Notes under the pieces: model-generated
What the model was told of the DNA's origin: nothing
Databases searched by the model: none
What the model saw: the letters and a program-made list of their open reading frames with translations, nothing else
Shown: positions 28,120-40,908 of the stretch, one piece after another
Position numbering within the stretch: position 1 is the first letter of the stretch
Layout of the letters: each line of letters begins with the position of its first letter
Assembly: GCF_006345805.1 (NCBI RefSeq)
Contig: NC_042997.1
Location: 95,976,001-96,040,000, forward strand
Reading direction: 5' to 3'
DNA: 64,000 nucleotides
Source: Octopus sinensis
Taxonomy: Eukaryota
Position numbers and translations under genes: made by a program

Positions 28120-29303
28120 CGAGAGTTGGCTGAAACGTTCATAGTCAGACCATGATACTCAGATGGATTGCGACCAAATGAGGTTTATTTTTCAGTATAG
28201 TCCACCTTGTTGTCTACATACATTTTCCATCAGTTTTGCAGTGTCTGGATCCCATTGATGAAGGGACTCTTATCCTGTTAATAAGTCATGAACCGCAAAT
28301 ATGATATCATCAGTTTCTGCGATACTGTTTGCTAGCCAAGTATTTTTTCAACGTTGTAGAACCGATGATAGTCAGATAGGGCCAAATCAGGCGAAAAAGT
28401 TAGCATATCAACCAAGTCAGACACTTCCACGCACAACAGCCTTTACAATGAAGGACTTGTGTACTTGACAATTGTCTTGATGGAACAAGATGACCTTCGT
28501 TAGACTTCCTGGGTGTTTAGTCTTTTTAACCTTTCGTAACTGCCTCAGCAAATTTGCATAGTATTCTCCATTAATGGTGAGGTCCTTTTGAGGATAGTCA
28601 ATAAACACAATGCTGTTCATATCCCTCAAAACTGAGGCCATCATCTTCCTTTCAGGTGAAACGTCCTTGGCCTTCTTTGGAGTAGATGAGGTGAGGAGGG
28701 GTGTTTCCACTACAGGGCTCATTGTCTCACGCTCAATGAATAAGGAAACCAGCTGGATCCGCCTGACACAAAGAATAGAAACATAAATCATGTCAAGTTT
28801 ATTGCGGGGCGGAATATTCTCAACTTTCTCATGGAATACGCTAATACAATTGACGATTTGATTTATAGTCATTAGAATATTATCCATCAGCATGTGGTGA
28901 ACACGATCAATGTTTTTCTCGTTGGTGGTAAATGCAGGACGTCTAGACTTTGGTTCATTTTCAAGACTCACCCTTCCCCTCCTAAATTCTTCACTCCACA
29001 TTTACACTGTTGATAACGCTAGAGTGTCATTCTCTAATGTAGTGACGTTGTCAGAATGAATGTCGTTGGGGGCGAAACACCCTTTTCTGCAGGCACTTAA
29101 TAGCACCACAATGCCAAATTTTCTTCACTTTCAAGAGAAGTCGCTAGTAGGCACCTTTACGTCTTCTCCGAACAGTCAGCTGTACTTGGGAATAAACAAT
29201 GCAGTTATTAATAAGAACGGCTGAAATTGATGCATACGAAATTTCACATTACTTACATCACTCCTCCATACTCAGTCTATGAATATCACAGCCGAACCGC
29301 ATG
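28120..29303 (-). mobile_element. Mariner transposon relic with diverged TIRs
   Basis: ORF 28417-29001: EFRRGRVSLENEPKSRRP..NIDRVHHM..TPKKAK..KMMASV..IVFIDY.QK..TINGEYYANLLRQLR..ILFHQDN. TIR-like ends TA|CGAGAGTTGGCTGAAACGTTCATAG and CTATGAATATCACAGCCGAACC. Confidence 0.85.
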
Positions 29304-29332
29304 TATGTATGTATGGAAGTATGTATGTATGG

Positions 29333-29365
<33 letters not shown>

Positions 29366-29410
29366 TGTATGTATGTATGTATGTATGTATGTATGTATGT
29401 ATGTATGTAT

Positions 29411-30670
29411 GTCATTGTTTAGTTTTATTTCAAGATTTCTTGCCAATAGAGAAAGAACCGGTTTCTACTTTAGGTCCAAGGCTCCTTCATCGTAGTTTCA
29501 GAATCAACATATGTGCCGATTTGTATGTTTTCTTTTACGTATGTATCCTCATGTATTTTATTGCATATGTAGACATGCTCATATATATTTAAATGATAAA
29601 ATTCTGGAAAGTTGTACTGGTTTTTGCAGTTCCAGTGATGGCTTGGATGTGTAGCCTTCGAAGTAGCTTTCTACTTTCTGGTTTTGAGAAGCCTAATTTC
29701 TCTGTGTATGTATGTATGTATGTATGTATGTTGTATGTATGTATGTATGTATGTATGTATGTATGTATGTATGTATGTATGTATGTGTATGTATGTATGT
29801 ATGTCATTGTTTAGTTTTATTTCAAGATTTCTTGCCAATAGAGAAAGAACCGGTTTCTACTTTAGGTCCAAGGCTCCTTCATCGTAGTTTCAGAATCAAC
29901 ATATGTGCCGATTTGTATGTTTTCTTTTACGTATGTATCCTCATGTATTTTGTTGCATATGTAGACATGCTCATATATATTTAAATGATAAAATTCTGGA
30001 AAGTTGTACTGGTTTTTGCAGTTCCAGTGATGGCTTGGATGTGTAGCCTTCGAAGTAGCTTTCTACTTTCTGGTTTTGAGAAGCCTAATTTCTCTGTGTA
30101 TGTATGTATGTATGTATGTATGTATGTATGTATGTATGTATGTTGTATGTATGTATGTATGTATGTATGTCATTGTTTAGTTTTATTTCAAGATTTCTTG
30201 CCAATAGAGAAAGAACCGGTTTCTACTTTAGGTCCAAGGCTCCTTCATCGTAGTTTCAGAATCAACATATGTGCCGATTTGTATGTTTTCTTTTACGTAT
30301 GTATCCTCATGTATTTTATTGCATATGTAGACATGCTCATATATATTTAAATGATAAAATTCTGGAAAGTTGTACTGGTTTTTGCAGTTCCAGTGATGGC
30401 TTGGATGTGTAGCCTTCGAAGTAGCTTTCTACTTTCTGGTTTTGAGAAGCCTAATTTCTCTGTGTATGTATGTATGTATGTATGTATGTATGTATGTATG
30501 TATGTATGTATGTATGTATGTATGTAGGTAGGTAGGTAGGTATGTATGTATGTATGTCATTGTTCAGTTTTATTTCAAGATTTCTTGCCAATAGAGAAAG
30601 ATTTGGTTTCTAACCTAGATCCAAGTCTCCTTCATTGGAATGTCAATAACAGCAACAAGGTATTTTGCTA
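29411..30670 (-). repeat. Tandem array of a non-LTR (RLE-type) retrotransposon 3' tail separated by (TATG)n: three near-identical ~294-bp units and one shorter diverged unit
   Basis: Units start at 29411, 29803, 30169 and 30556. The minus strand encodes EKLGFSKPESRKLLRRLHIQAITGTAKTSTTFQNFII*. A longer homolog lies at 50640-51130. Confidence 0.85.
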
Positions 30671-30691
30671 TGTATGTATGTATGTATGTAC

Positions 30692-30905
30692 ACTCTTTTA
30701 CTTGTTTCAGTCATTTGACTGTGGCCATGCTGGAGCAACGCCTAAAGTCCTGGGGTCGATTTGCTCGACCCCAGGACTTATTCTTTGTAAGCCTAGTACT
30801 TATTCTATCGGTATCTTTAGCCGAACTGCTAAGTTACGGGGACGTAAGCACACCAGCATCGGTTGTCAAGCGATGTTGGGGGGGGGGGACAAACACAGAC
30901 ACACA
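30692..30905 (-). mobile_element. SINE family D 3' fragment
   Basis: Colinear with 60435-60610 (CTTTTAC.TGTTT.AGTCA, GGGACGTAA.CAC, ACAGACAC), whose other end has a tRNA-like head. Confidence 0.65.
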
Positions 30906-30987
30906 AACATACACACATATATATTTGTATACACACATATATATATATATGTATACGTTTGCGGGTTTGTGTTTGTGTATATGTATG

Positions 30988-31012
30988 TACACACACACAC
31001 ACACACACACAA

Positions 31013-31095
<83 letters not shown>
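30988..31095. repeat. (CA)n(TA)n microsatellite
   Basis: Read directly from the sequence. Confidence 0.95.
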
Positions 31096-31096
<1 letters not shown>

Positions 31097-31300
31097 TTCG
31101 TATGCACACAAAAGATATATACATAGAGAGAGAGAGATTTATATACAAGTACCCGCATACAGTATACTACAAGGTGTATTCCTGAATTTAAAATTGTAAC
31201 TTATATATATGCATGTATATATGTATGTAAGTATGTATGTATATATGTGTATATATATGTGTGTGGGTGTATGTATACATAATATATGTACGTATAAGTA

Positions 31301-31778
31301 CCGTAAATCCTCGAGTATAATCCGCATCTTTTCCCAAAATTTAAAGGTCAAAATCCCTAGTGCGTACTATATGCCAGGTTAAAAACGAAAATTATTTTCT
31401 AAGCAATGTCCGAGTCTCTATTTGCTGTTCGGAAATGTTTATTCAGACGCAGTTTGTGATGTCGGGCGCGAAAATACGTTAAGCTAAGCCTGAAAGCAAT
31501 GAAGTCATAGAAGGATCGTTATTACGTTCATTTCTTTATTTTCTGCTAACAAAATGCACAAAAAAGCTACACGTTTGCATTATGTTATATATATAATAAT
31601 ATTAAAGGACGTTACCGTATACATTTTTTCTATCCAAGGACGTTATATAGACCTCCTTGACTCAAGTTAGCGAAGGTGTGCGTATTATACACAAGGTTTA
31701 GGTTTTTCACAGATACAGCCCCGTAAAAAATCCCCTGCGTGTTATACTCAAGGGCGGACTATACTCGAAGATTTACGG
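31301..31778. mobile_element. Non-autonomous pogo/Tc2-like MITE (478 bp), TA TSD
   Basis: TA|CCGTAAATCCTCGAGTATAATCCGC ... GCGGACTATACTCGAAGATTTACGG|TA, with subterminal GCGT.(T)TATAC repeats and no ORF. Confidence 0.9.
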
Positions 31779-32849
31779 TATATCTCTATGTGTATGTATG
31801 TGTCTGTGTATGAATGTACCTATATGCATAACGATGTTGTATACATGCATGTTCTTCCAACTTCCTTCTTTTCACAATGCTTACTGTAAGTTTACTGTAA
31901 ACATTGCAAATGACTCCAGTACCGCACTGGAGTACAGAACCTGGAAAAAAATTATTGCAAACTGAATTGCTTAGCTACAAAGGAAAAGTCTACCTTTTGT
32001 ATCGAATATTGACTTGTTTTAAAGTAATAAAGTCTATATCTTACCAACAGTACAACAATGATCGGGACGTAAATAATGAAGATAAACGGAAGCGTAGTGT
32101 ATTTTTCCCAGCATTTTTCTTTATAATAATAATGCATTATTACTGACCATGAAGCTGTTATCACCACAGGAATGCCTGCCAAAAGTCCAAATAACAATAC
32201 AAATAAATAACCAAAGAAGTAATTAAATGAGCAATCATTTATCATAATATTTTCTTTCAAATTTTAAGAGCTTCGTCGACAGAAAAACATAAAAAATATA
32301 TATATCACAGCTTCGTAATGTTGCATTTACTACAATTCTGGAAATCTATAGTTTCCCATTAGATTATATAACTAAGTCCGTATATCAAAGGTTTTATAGG
32401 AAATTATAAATATATTTTATTTAAATTATACAGTATAAACTGTTCAAATTTTAATGCAGGAGATATTTGTTTATCATTTTCGAGTGTATTGACGTCTAAA
32501 CTTAATGAATATTCTTCATCCTAAAAACTTTCATGTACACATCGGCGCTTTAATCAGTTTATTTTTCATTGTCTGCTTGTGCTATAAACTTAGTGTGAAT
32601 TATATTCATTATGCCAGCTGACATAAATCAGTCGCATAAATTTCAGTGAAAAAGAATTGTGGGAATAATATACCGATGAAAAGATAAATAAAAATTTTTA
32701 AAATAGCTTCGTAATCGAACATAAATAATTGCATTTCTATGGAATATTGAAATAGTTCAATGGTGTTTGAACTTGACGGAAACAATACAGTATTCTTTTA
32801 TTTGTTTCAGTCAATATACTGCGACATTGGGTCATTTTAAGGCAAAAAA

Positions 32850-33040
32850 TGAGCTGGCAAAAATACTTAACGGTATCTCGTCCGTTGGTACGTTCTGAGT
32901 TCAAATTTCGCTTAGGTCGACTTTACTTTTCACACTTTCGGGTTCAATAAAATAAGTACCAAGTAAACACTGGGGTCGATATAATAGAATCATCCCCTTC
33001 TCCAAAATTGCTGCCCTTGTGACAAAATTTGAAACCATTA
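32850..33040 (+). mobile_element. SINE family C copy
   Basis: GAGCTGGCA..CGTTCTGAGTTCAAATTTCGCTTAGGTCGACTTT..AATAAGTACCA..CTGGGGTCGAT. Confidence 0.75.
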
Positions 33041-34749
33041 TACTGGGTCATTTCACGGCCAGCTGCCACAAGCGAACGAATGCAGCGTAATTTTACTGTT
33101 TGTTTTAGGTGCTTCGGGAATCGGAAATGGACACATGCCCTTTCATCCAGCAGAACTTTCAGGATGTTAGAGGCTGAGGTTGAACGGGCTCTATCAGCAT
33201 CTGGATGGTATCCATTTTAGTACGTTGGAATGTAGCAAATATGGCTTGCAGAGTGGCACAAACGCGCCGGCTAATCCAGGATTTGAGGCGAGGACTTTAT
33301 AATTATGAGCCAAATATAATAATTTGTAGGCTAAACACCATTAACCTAGGAAGTAACTTTGACAAAAGGTAGACCTCTCGCTAACCTAACAATACAATAC
33401 AAAATAATAAAAGTATTTCTTGTTTGATAGTAGTAAGTGGCTGGCATCATTTGGAAAAAAAAAGAAACATAACAACAAGCAACGAAGGAATACTTATGCT
33501 GTTGCTAGACAAAATAGAAACAGCCAACCTATCTGTCAAATCAGTCTATTGTGTAATAAATGGAGAGACGTATTGCACAATATAGTTTTAAATAGTCGGA
33601 GGTGTTACTTACGTATGAAATGTCTTTCATACGTAAGACCAGGATTTACTGAATTAGCGAAGATATGAAACCCACAGAATACTTCCTAATATGCAACTCT
33701 CGGCGCTCATATAACCTTCTAGAAATAGGGGCCCAGTCTCTCCTCAATTGCACGTTAATGTGTTGTCAAGTGAAAGCACACACTGATTAATGTTGTGGCT
33801 CTAAAGCATTACTCCTGGATCTGATCATTTACCAACACTTTAGTATATTAGAAAAGTCTTCCATCGGGTCAGAATATTTTGGTAGACAATAAGCGAATAC
33901 AGTTTTCTTGTTGATTTAGGTAAGTTTTAACGCTTAATCATATTGATAGATGTCATGACATAGAAGGTAGGCTTTTTTGGCAGATACGTAGAAAGTAGGA
34001 AACCAAAATACAAAGATGCCGAGATAGATCGATAAATAGATAGCTAGGTAGATGAATTTGTGAATATGCGATAGTGCAGCTAAGTTGATAGGGGCAAGTT
34101 CAGATGAATAAGTATATAGGTATGTTGATTTATAGTGGATTCAGTGAAATTTAACTCAAATACAATGCTGAGTTTTATTTTCTGTATTTTTATATCGATT
34201 AACTGTAGAAATACATTTACATTCATAGGTACTTGGCGTCATCTTGGTTGAAACGAAGTTCGAAGCTAATTAAGCAAACCTAAGCTGAAAGATGTTTTAG
34301 ACACAACCATTCCAGTTTTTTATTCATATATGATGCGTGTAGAACTAAATAATCGAATATGTGCTGTGAACACTAACTATGATATCTCACATTTATTTAA
34401 GACGGTGTATTAAGATTTTAGTGGCATGTGTCTGCTATTAGTAGCTACAATTACAAGCAAAGTGAGACGTCCTTATTGATTTCTCATAGAAAATAGCGCT
34501 TACACTTGTATACTTTTATTATGCAAGGCGAATTTTATTATAAGCATTCCGTTTTCATCCACGTTGTAGAGCAGTAGGTAAATGACCTCATCAAAATGTC
34601 TTTAACTTTCCGTTGTTAGAAAAATGATTGATCGTTCTGGTCAGTTTCTAATTGTACTAAACCTGCTTCAATTAAACAATGTACTTTGTGTGTGTGTGTC
34701 CATAGACAAAATTAGTAGATTATGAAAGTAATATATGCTATACACGGAG

Positions 34750-34985
34750 AACGGCGAGCTCGTAGAATCGATAGCACGCCGGGTGAAATGCTTAGCGGTG
34801 TTTCGTCTGCCGTTACGTTCTGAGTTCAAGCTCCGCCGAGGTCAACTTTGCTTTCATCTTTTCGGGATCGATTAAATTAAGTACCAGTCACGGACTGGGG
34901 TCGATGTAATCGACCGAACCCCTTTGTCTGAACTTGTTTGTCCCCTCTATGATGTTTAACCCCCTATGGGCAATAAAAGAAATAG
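34750..34985 (+). mobile_element. SINE family C copy
   Basis: GGCGAGCTCGTAGAATCGATAGCACGCCGGGTGAAATGCTTAGCGG..GAGTTCAAGCTCCGCCGAGGTCAACTTTG..AAGTACCAG. Confidence 0.8.
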
Positions 34986-36894
34986 ATATATGCTATACAC
35001 GCTGAAGCAGTAAAACATGAATGCATGCGATGATAATATAATTCATTAGTTTATACATTTGTGCACGTGTATGTGTGTGTGTGTGTATGTGTGTGTGTGT
35101 GTGTGCGTGTGTCTGTATGCGCGTGTCTGTGTGTGTGTATTTGTAAGTGTATCTCCGAAGCTTGTAAGCGCTATTGTCTTTTGATTGCGCGTGCACGCAT
35201 CTATGCGTCTTGATAAGCATGTATCAAAGCAGAATCGATCGCTCCTTTGCGGCAAATGATATATAATTGCTATTTTTATTATTGAAATTGTTGCTTGTGG
35301 TGTTGGTAGTGGTAAGACCTATTTTACAGGGCTGAATGTATTTCAAATCTACAACCTTCAGGACTTCACAAGTACAGTTTTATTATTATCTAAAATACAC
35401 TCCACAACACAAATGTAATACATGTTGGATATCTAAGGGGTTCATGATAGTACGGCGTTGATACAGAAATGCTTGAGTCATTCAGAGCTGTTATATCCAC
35501 GAATATGATCCGGTTGAGGTTGATACATATGCTGACAAAAAGGAAACAAATCTAGGATCTAAAATAACATTTATTCCTAACATTTATTTATCTTCAATGA
35601 AATCACAACAGATTTGAAAATCTGTACTAATGTACAATTGCTTCAATTAGTTATGCTTCTAATCATCAAATTTCTACAATCTCTATTGCAGTACACGAGG
35701 TATACGGTATTCATTTTTTTTTCGGCTAAGACCCAAGAAGTATGGTTTTTAAATAATATTCCATTATTATTCATAATGATTTTAAAATAATGTAGCATTA
35801 TTATTCTCTCCAACGATGATGTTCTACGTGCATAATCCATATAACTAGATATAACATTCTGGACCAAATATCAGAGTATCGAGAACAGTAACTCATAAGA
35901 ACGTAGATGGAACGGACGCTACATGAATATTTTGGCTATATGACTACCTAACCAGTACATAAATCAATAGCAACAACATCAATACATGCTACAGGATTAG
36001 GGTATACAGCGTTACCCTCTGATATAGACAGCAGAATATTTTGATTAACTGAGAAAATAAGAATATTATGAATACTTACCCCACCCAATGAAATAAAATA
36101 ATTTAAAGGGTGCTGTTGTATTAAAAACTGAAACTACAATCCGATTATGTAGAAATAGACCTTCGACGAACATCCAAAATATATTTGCCAGTGCGCTGTA
36201 CTGCAGAATAATCGTCATCGATTTGCACAACCAGTCCTACAAAAATGTAAAGCATTATACTTATATGTTTATATGTATCTATATGCAAAAATGTGCGTAT
36301 ATTTAAATATATATATATGTATATGCAATTATGTATTTATGTGTTTATATATGTACATACTATACATATTACCATACAGGAGAGTGGAAAATTATACCTT
36401 TTAAGAACTTACGTATGAAAGTATAATTCTCTTCAGATTCTAACCGGAGATGTGTTTCTGCTTAATTAAGTCAGAATGCATTCACACCACTGATCGCTCA
36501 TAATGAAGGCATTATAATACAATATAAGATAAATGGATATTACCGTCATTACTATTATTATTGTGGCTATTTTTATTACTAGTATGTCTATTATTTTGTT
36601 GTTATTTTTTCTATTTATGTAGGTGTCCAGTTTTCTAGTATTTATTGAGGAGATGATAGTATCCAGGTTATGTGTTAATCTACAGCCTATTCTTATTATT
36701 GTGCTGTTAATTATATCGCAGTATTTGTTTTCCTTTTAAAAAATGTTTGTTAATCTAAATATTGTTTTTACTATGTTATTCTTAATTTGCATAGCAAATG
36801 GGGTGATTAACCAGACAATGTCGCTTCCAATATCAGGGTGATTGGGGTTATTGGACTTTTGTCTATTTTTACTTGTTAATCATCCCAGTTAGAT

Positions 36895-37110
36895 TAATAA
36901 ACAAACATTTTATAAAATGTAAAACAAATATTGGGATATGATTAACAACAAAACAATAAGGATATGATATAGTTTGACACGTAACCTGGATACTATCATT
37001 TCCTCAATAAATAACAGAAAACAGGACACCTACTTAAATAGAAAAAATAACAACAATATTATACACATTAGAAATAACAATAGCTACAGTAATAATAGTA
37101 GTAATAGGGG
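36895..37110 (+). mobile_element. Penelope-like element linker fragment (5' part of an interrupted ORF)
   Basis: Reads ..NKYWDMINNKTIRI*YSLTRNLDTIISSINNRK.., matching the PLE linker K.FN..TI.ISYS..N...IISSHN.K, and runs into poly-Asn. Confidence 0.6.
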
Positions 37111-37114
37111 CGAT

Positions 37115-37117
<3 letters not shown>

Positions 37118-37178
<61 letters not shown>

Positions 37179-37181
37179 GTA

Positions 37182-37243
<62 letters not shown>
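37118..37243. repeat. (AAT)n microsatellite
   Basis: Read directly from the sequence. Confidence 0.95.
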
Positions 37244-37247
<4 letters not shown>

Positions 37248-37909
37248 TAAGACATGACAGAGTTGGCCAATATCTACACTGGCTAATAAGTCGGCATTAC
37301 AATATCAAAACTGCCGACAAGTGGTATAATCACCACCCTGAGGCTGTAACTGAAGGAGAAAACGTAACCATTCTGTGGGACTTTCCAGTACATACAGACC
37401 GAACCATCAAGGCCAATAAACCAGATATTGTTGTGAAAGACCAAAACAATAAAGTTTGCTTATTGATCGACATGAGCATCCCCTGTGATCATAATATCTC
37501 AGCGAAAGAGTTTGACAAGCTCAGAAAATATAAAGACCTACTCATTGAAATTGAGAAAATGTGGCATCTCAAGGCGGTTACAGTGCCAGTGATCGTACGA
37601 GCACTAGGAATGATCAAGAAGGGAACCGAAAATTATATGAGAATGATCCCTGGCTTACCATCCCTGCAAGAAGTGCAAAAGATTGTCTTAACTGGTACAT
37701 CACACGTATTGAGAAGAGCATTGTCGATGTGAGAACTGTTGCTGCTCATGTATTTTAATTTAACTTAAAAAAAAAAATAATAAAAAAATGAACGAACTAT
37801 TGAGTTTGGTTTAATGGCCTACCAATGTATACTATGAGTTTCTTTGCCCTAGGAGTCGGGAAGACACTCGGCAAGAAATGGAAGCAAATTTGAAAGAAGA
37901 AAAAAAAAA
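37244..37909 (+). mobile_element. R4/Dong-clade LINE, short 3' fragment (RLE endonuclease, 3'UTR, A-tail)
   Basis: RHDRVGQYLHW..ILWDFPVHTDRTIKANKPDIVVKD..CLLIDMSIP..KLRKYKDL..VPVIVRALG..GTSHVLRRALSM*, flanked on both sides by (AAT)n. Confidence 0.9.
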
Positions 37910-37910
<1 letters not shown>

Positions 37911-37942
<32 letters not shown>

Positions 37943-37960
37943 TAATAATAATAATAATAA

Positions 37961-38000
<40 letters not shown>

Positions 38001-38012
38001 TAATAATAATAA

Positions 38013-38048
<36 letters not shown>
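37911..38048. repeat. (AAT)n microsatellite
   Basis: Read directly from the sequence. Confidence 0.95.
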
Positions 38049-38049
<1 letters not shown>

Positions 38050-38051
<2 letters not shown>

Positions 38052-40824
38052 CAAAAGTTGTCTGCCAAAGCTGGACGCATAGCGAGGTATGAAAAGCGTG
38101 TTAGATTCTTCAAGGACAACAACATGTTCAAAAATAACCCCAAGAATTTTTACAGGAAGATAGGAAAAACAGCGTTTACTGTAAGGTCTGTACCATCAAA
38201 AGAAGAAGTGCAGGGATTTTGGAATAAAATTTGGGCAGAAGAAAAAACACACAACGAAAAAGCCCCCTGGATTGACAGAATATCTACAGAACTGGACTCC
38301 TTAGAAGAGCAAAAGTGGGAGGGTGTCAAGGCAGAAGATATAAGATCTGCTCTTAGGTGGTCAAGCAAATGGAAGTCTCCAGGAAAGTATAAAATTCCTA
38401 ACTTCTGGCTGAATGCCTTCCCAGAGAGCAATGAACTGCTAACAGAACTGTACAATGATGTTTTGCAAAACCCTAGTAGGATGCCTCCTTGGCTAGTTAA
38501 TGAGTTAACATTCCTTCTTCCAAAAAGTGAAGAAACAAATGAACCAAAAAACTATAGACCCATTACCTGCTTAACAACTATGTATAAAACGTTAACATCT
38601 GTCCTGACGGAATATACTTATAGTTTTTTAACAGAGAGCAGCATATTCCCTAATGAACAGAAAGGATGTAAACGTGGATCCTACGGCTGTAAAGATCAAC
38701 TACTCATCAATAAGATGATCTTAGAAGATTGTCACAAACGACACAAAAACTTATCAATAGCCTGGATAGACTATAAAAGGGCTTTTGATAGCCTACCACA
38801 TAGCTGGATTAAGAGATGCCTGGAAATGTATAAGATAGCACCTACTCTGCGAAACTTTTTGACTGTAAGTATGAGATCATGGAGAACCACACTAACTCCG
38901 AACAGTGACAATGAATCCCTAAATGCTGGTGATGTAAAAATTTCATGTGGCATTTTCCAGGGTGACTCACTGTCACCACTCCTCTTTTGTTTAGCCTTAA
39001 TACCTCTCTCAAAACTGCTCAATGACGCGCAGTACGGGTATAAAATGTTTGATAAAAATATAAATCATCTCATTTACATGGATGATTTAAAGCTTTTTTG
39101 CAAAAAATGACCAACAACTCATGGGCTTACTAGCGATAGTCAAACATTTCAGTGACGACATCAGAATGCAATTCGGCCTCGATAAATGTGCAAAAGCTAC
39201 CTTTATCAAAGGAAAAATGACAGAAACATCTAAAGTTAATCTTGACCAGCAGAATGTCATAAAAGAACTAGACTCAGCGGAGACCTACAAGTACCTAGGG
39301 GTAATTGAAGGGAACGGAAAAAGGCATTCAGAGATGAAGGAAAGGATCAGGAGAGAATGTTATCGAAGAGTGAGAGCAATACTCAAGACTGAGCTGAATG
39401 CAAGAAACAGGATCGAAGCGATCAATGTATTAGCCATACCAGTCGTGACTAACAGTTTCAATATCGTTAACTGGTCATTTACTGAAATATGTCAGCTCGA
39501 CAGAAAAATACGAAAACTTTTGACAATGCATAGAATGCACCACCCTAAGGCAGATACAGAACGGCTTTACCTGCCAAGAAAAGAGGGAGGCCGTGGTCTT
39601 TTACAACTGGCAATAATAATGAAGATTGCTACAATTGGCCTAGACACCTACCTAAAAAAGTCTGAGAACTGGATGTTAAAACTTGTCTCAAAACATGAAA
39701 ACAAGAAAGCATCATACTCAGTAACAAAACAGGCAAAGGAATATCTAAGTGAATTCCGAATACAACAAATTTCGGAATTAGAGATAGACATACAAGAAAC
39801 AAGCACAGAAAAAGCTAGGCTCATGAAAACCCGTGCCAAAACTGCGGCCTTAGATATTCTGAATAATAAATGGCAAGAAAAACCTCTCTATGGCAAATAC
39901 CCAAAGAGAGCGAATAATGCAGATATTGACAAAGCCCTGACCCATCAGTGGCTAATGGCCTCTGGCTTAAAATCTGAAACAGAAGGGTTTATCATAGCAG
40001 CTCAAGATCAATGCCTCCCAACAAGAAAGTACCAGGCAAACATATTAAAGAACGGCAGTAGCCCAAAATGTCGTGTATGCCGACAACAAAATGAAACCAT
40101 TGATCATGTTGTCTCCAAATGCAGTCTTCTAGCGCCTACAGAGTACCTCAACAGGCATGATAGAGCTGCACAATATATTCACTGGGTAATTTGCAAAAAC
40201 GTGGATTTGCCCCATGAAAAAAACTGCTAGGAACACAATCCACCTCCAGTGCTTGAAAATGACCACATCTCACTCCTCTGGAACTTCACCATTCAAACTG
40301 CCAGAAAGATAGATGCATATAGGCCAGACATCATATTGAAAGACTTCAGACAAAGAACATGCCTCCTCATTGATATGACTGTCCCAATCGATATAAACGT
40401 ATCTGTCAAGACCTACCAAAAACTGAGCAAATATAAAGATCTTGAAATAGAAATCAGCAAAATGTGGAACCTGAAGACTAAAACAATACCTGTTGTCATA
40501 GGTGCCCTGGGAACGATAGCGAAAGGGGCTGATTGCTACCTAACTCAGATGCCAGGAAACCCCAAAATGGCAGAAATTCAAAGGATAGTGCTCATGGGAA
40601 CTGCTCATATCCTACTCAAAATACTCTCTATGTAATCCCAAGGCTTAAAACAAACTTTAAAAAAAAATTTATTTATTAGACATTCACTAGTACAACACCA
40701 AAACAAAACCCAAATATATGGCACACTAGGCATAACAACAACCTGAACTTCCAAATTGTTGTCTCTTGAGGTCTCTGGGTGAGACTTGGAGCCAACTTGT
40801 ACAGACATAAAGCAAAAGTAAAAC

Positions 40825-40826
<2 letters not shown>
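38050..40826 (+). mobile_element. R4/Dong-clade LINE, 5'-truncated (RT, CCHC knuckle, RLE), one frameshift and one stop
   Basis: WKSPG, KNYRPITCL, EQKGC, AWIDYKRAFDSLPH, GIFQGDSLSPLLF, HLIYMDDLKLF, YKYLG, RLYLPRKEGGRGL, CRVCRQQNETIDHVVSKC, RHD and RPDIILKD. There is an extra T in the T6 run at 39094-39099 and a TAG at 40228-40230. Inserted in (AAT)n. Confidence 0.95.
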
Positions 40827-40827
<1 letters not shown>

Positions 40828-40895
<68 letters not shown>

Positions 40896-40908
40896 TAATA
40901 ATAATAAT
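40828..40908. repeat. (AAT)n microsatellite
   Basis: Read directly from the sequence. Confidence 0.95.

Noticed and set aside
29411-30670. Regularly spaced repeat-spacer pattern resembling a CRISPR array
   Set aside because: Units are ~294 bp, the spacers are microsatellite, the context is eukaryotic and there are no cas genes.
36974-37732. 252-aa ORF as a host poly-Asn nuclease gene
   Set aside because: It is a chance in-frame fusion of PLE linker, (AAT)n and an R4 fragment, with a TTG start and an upstream stop.
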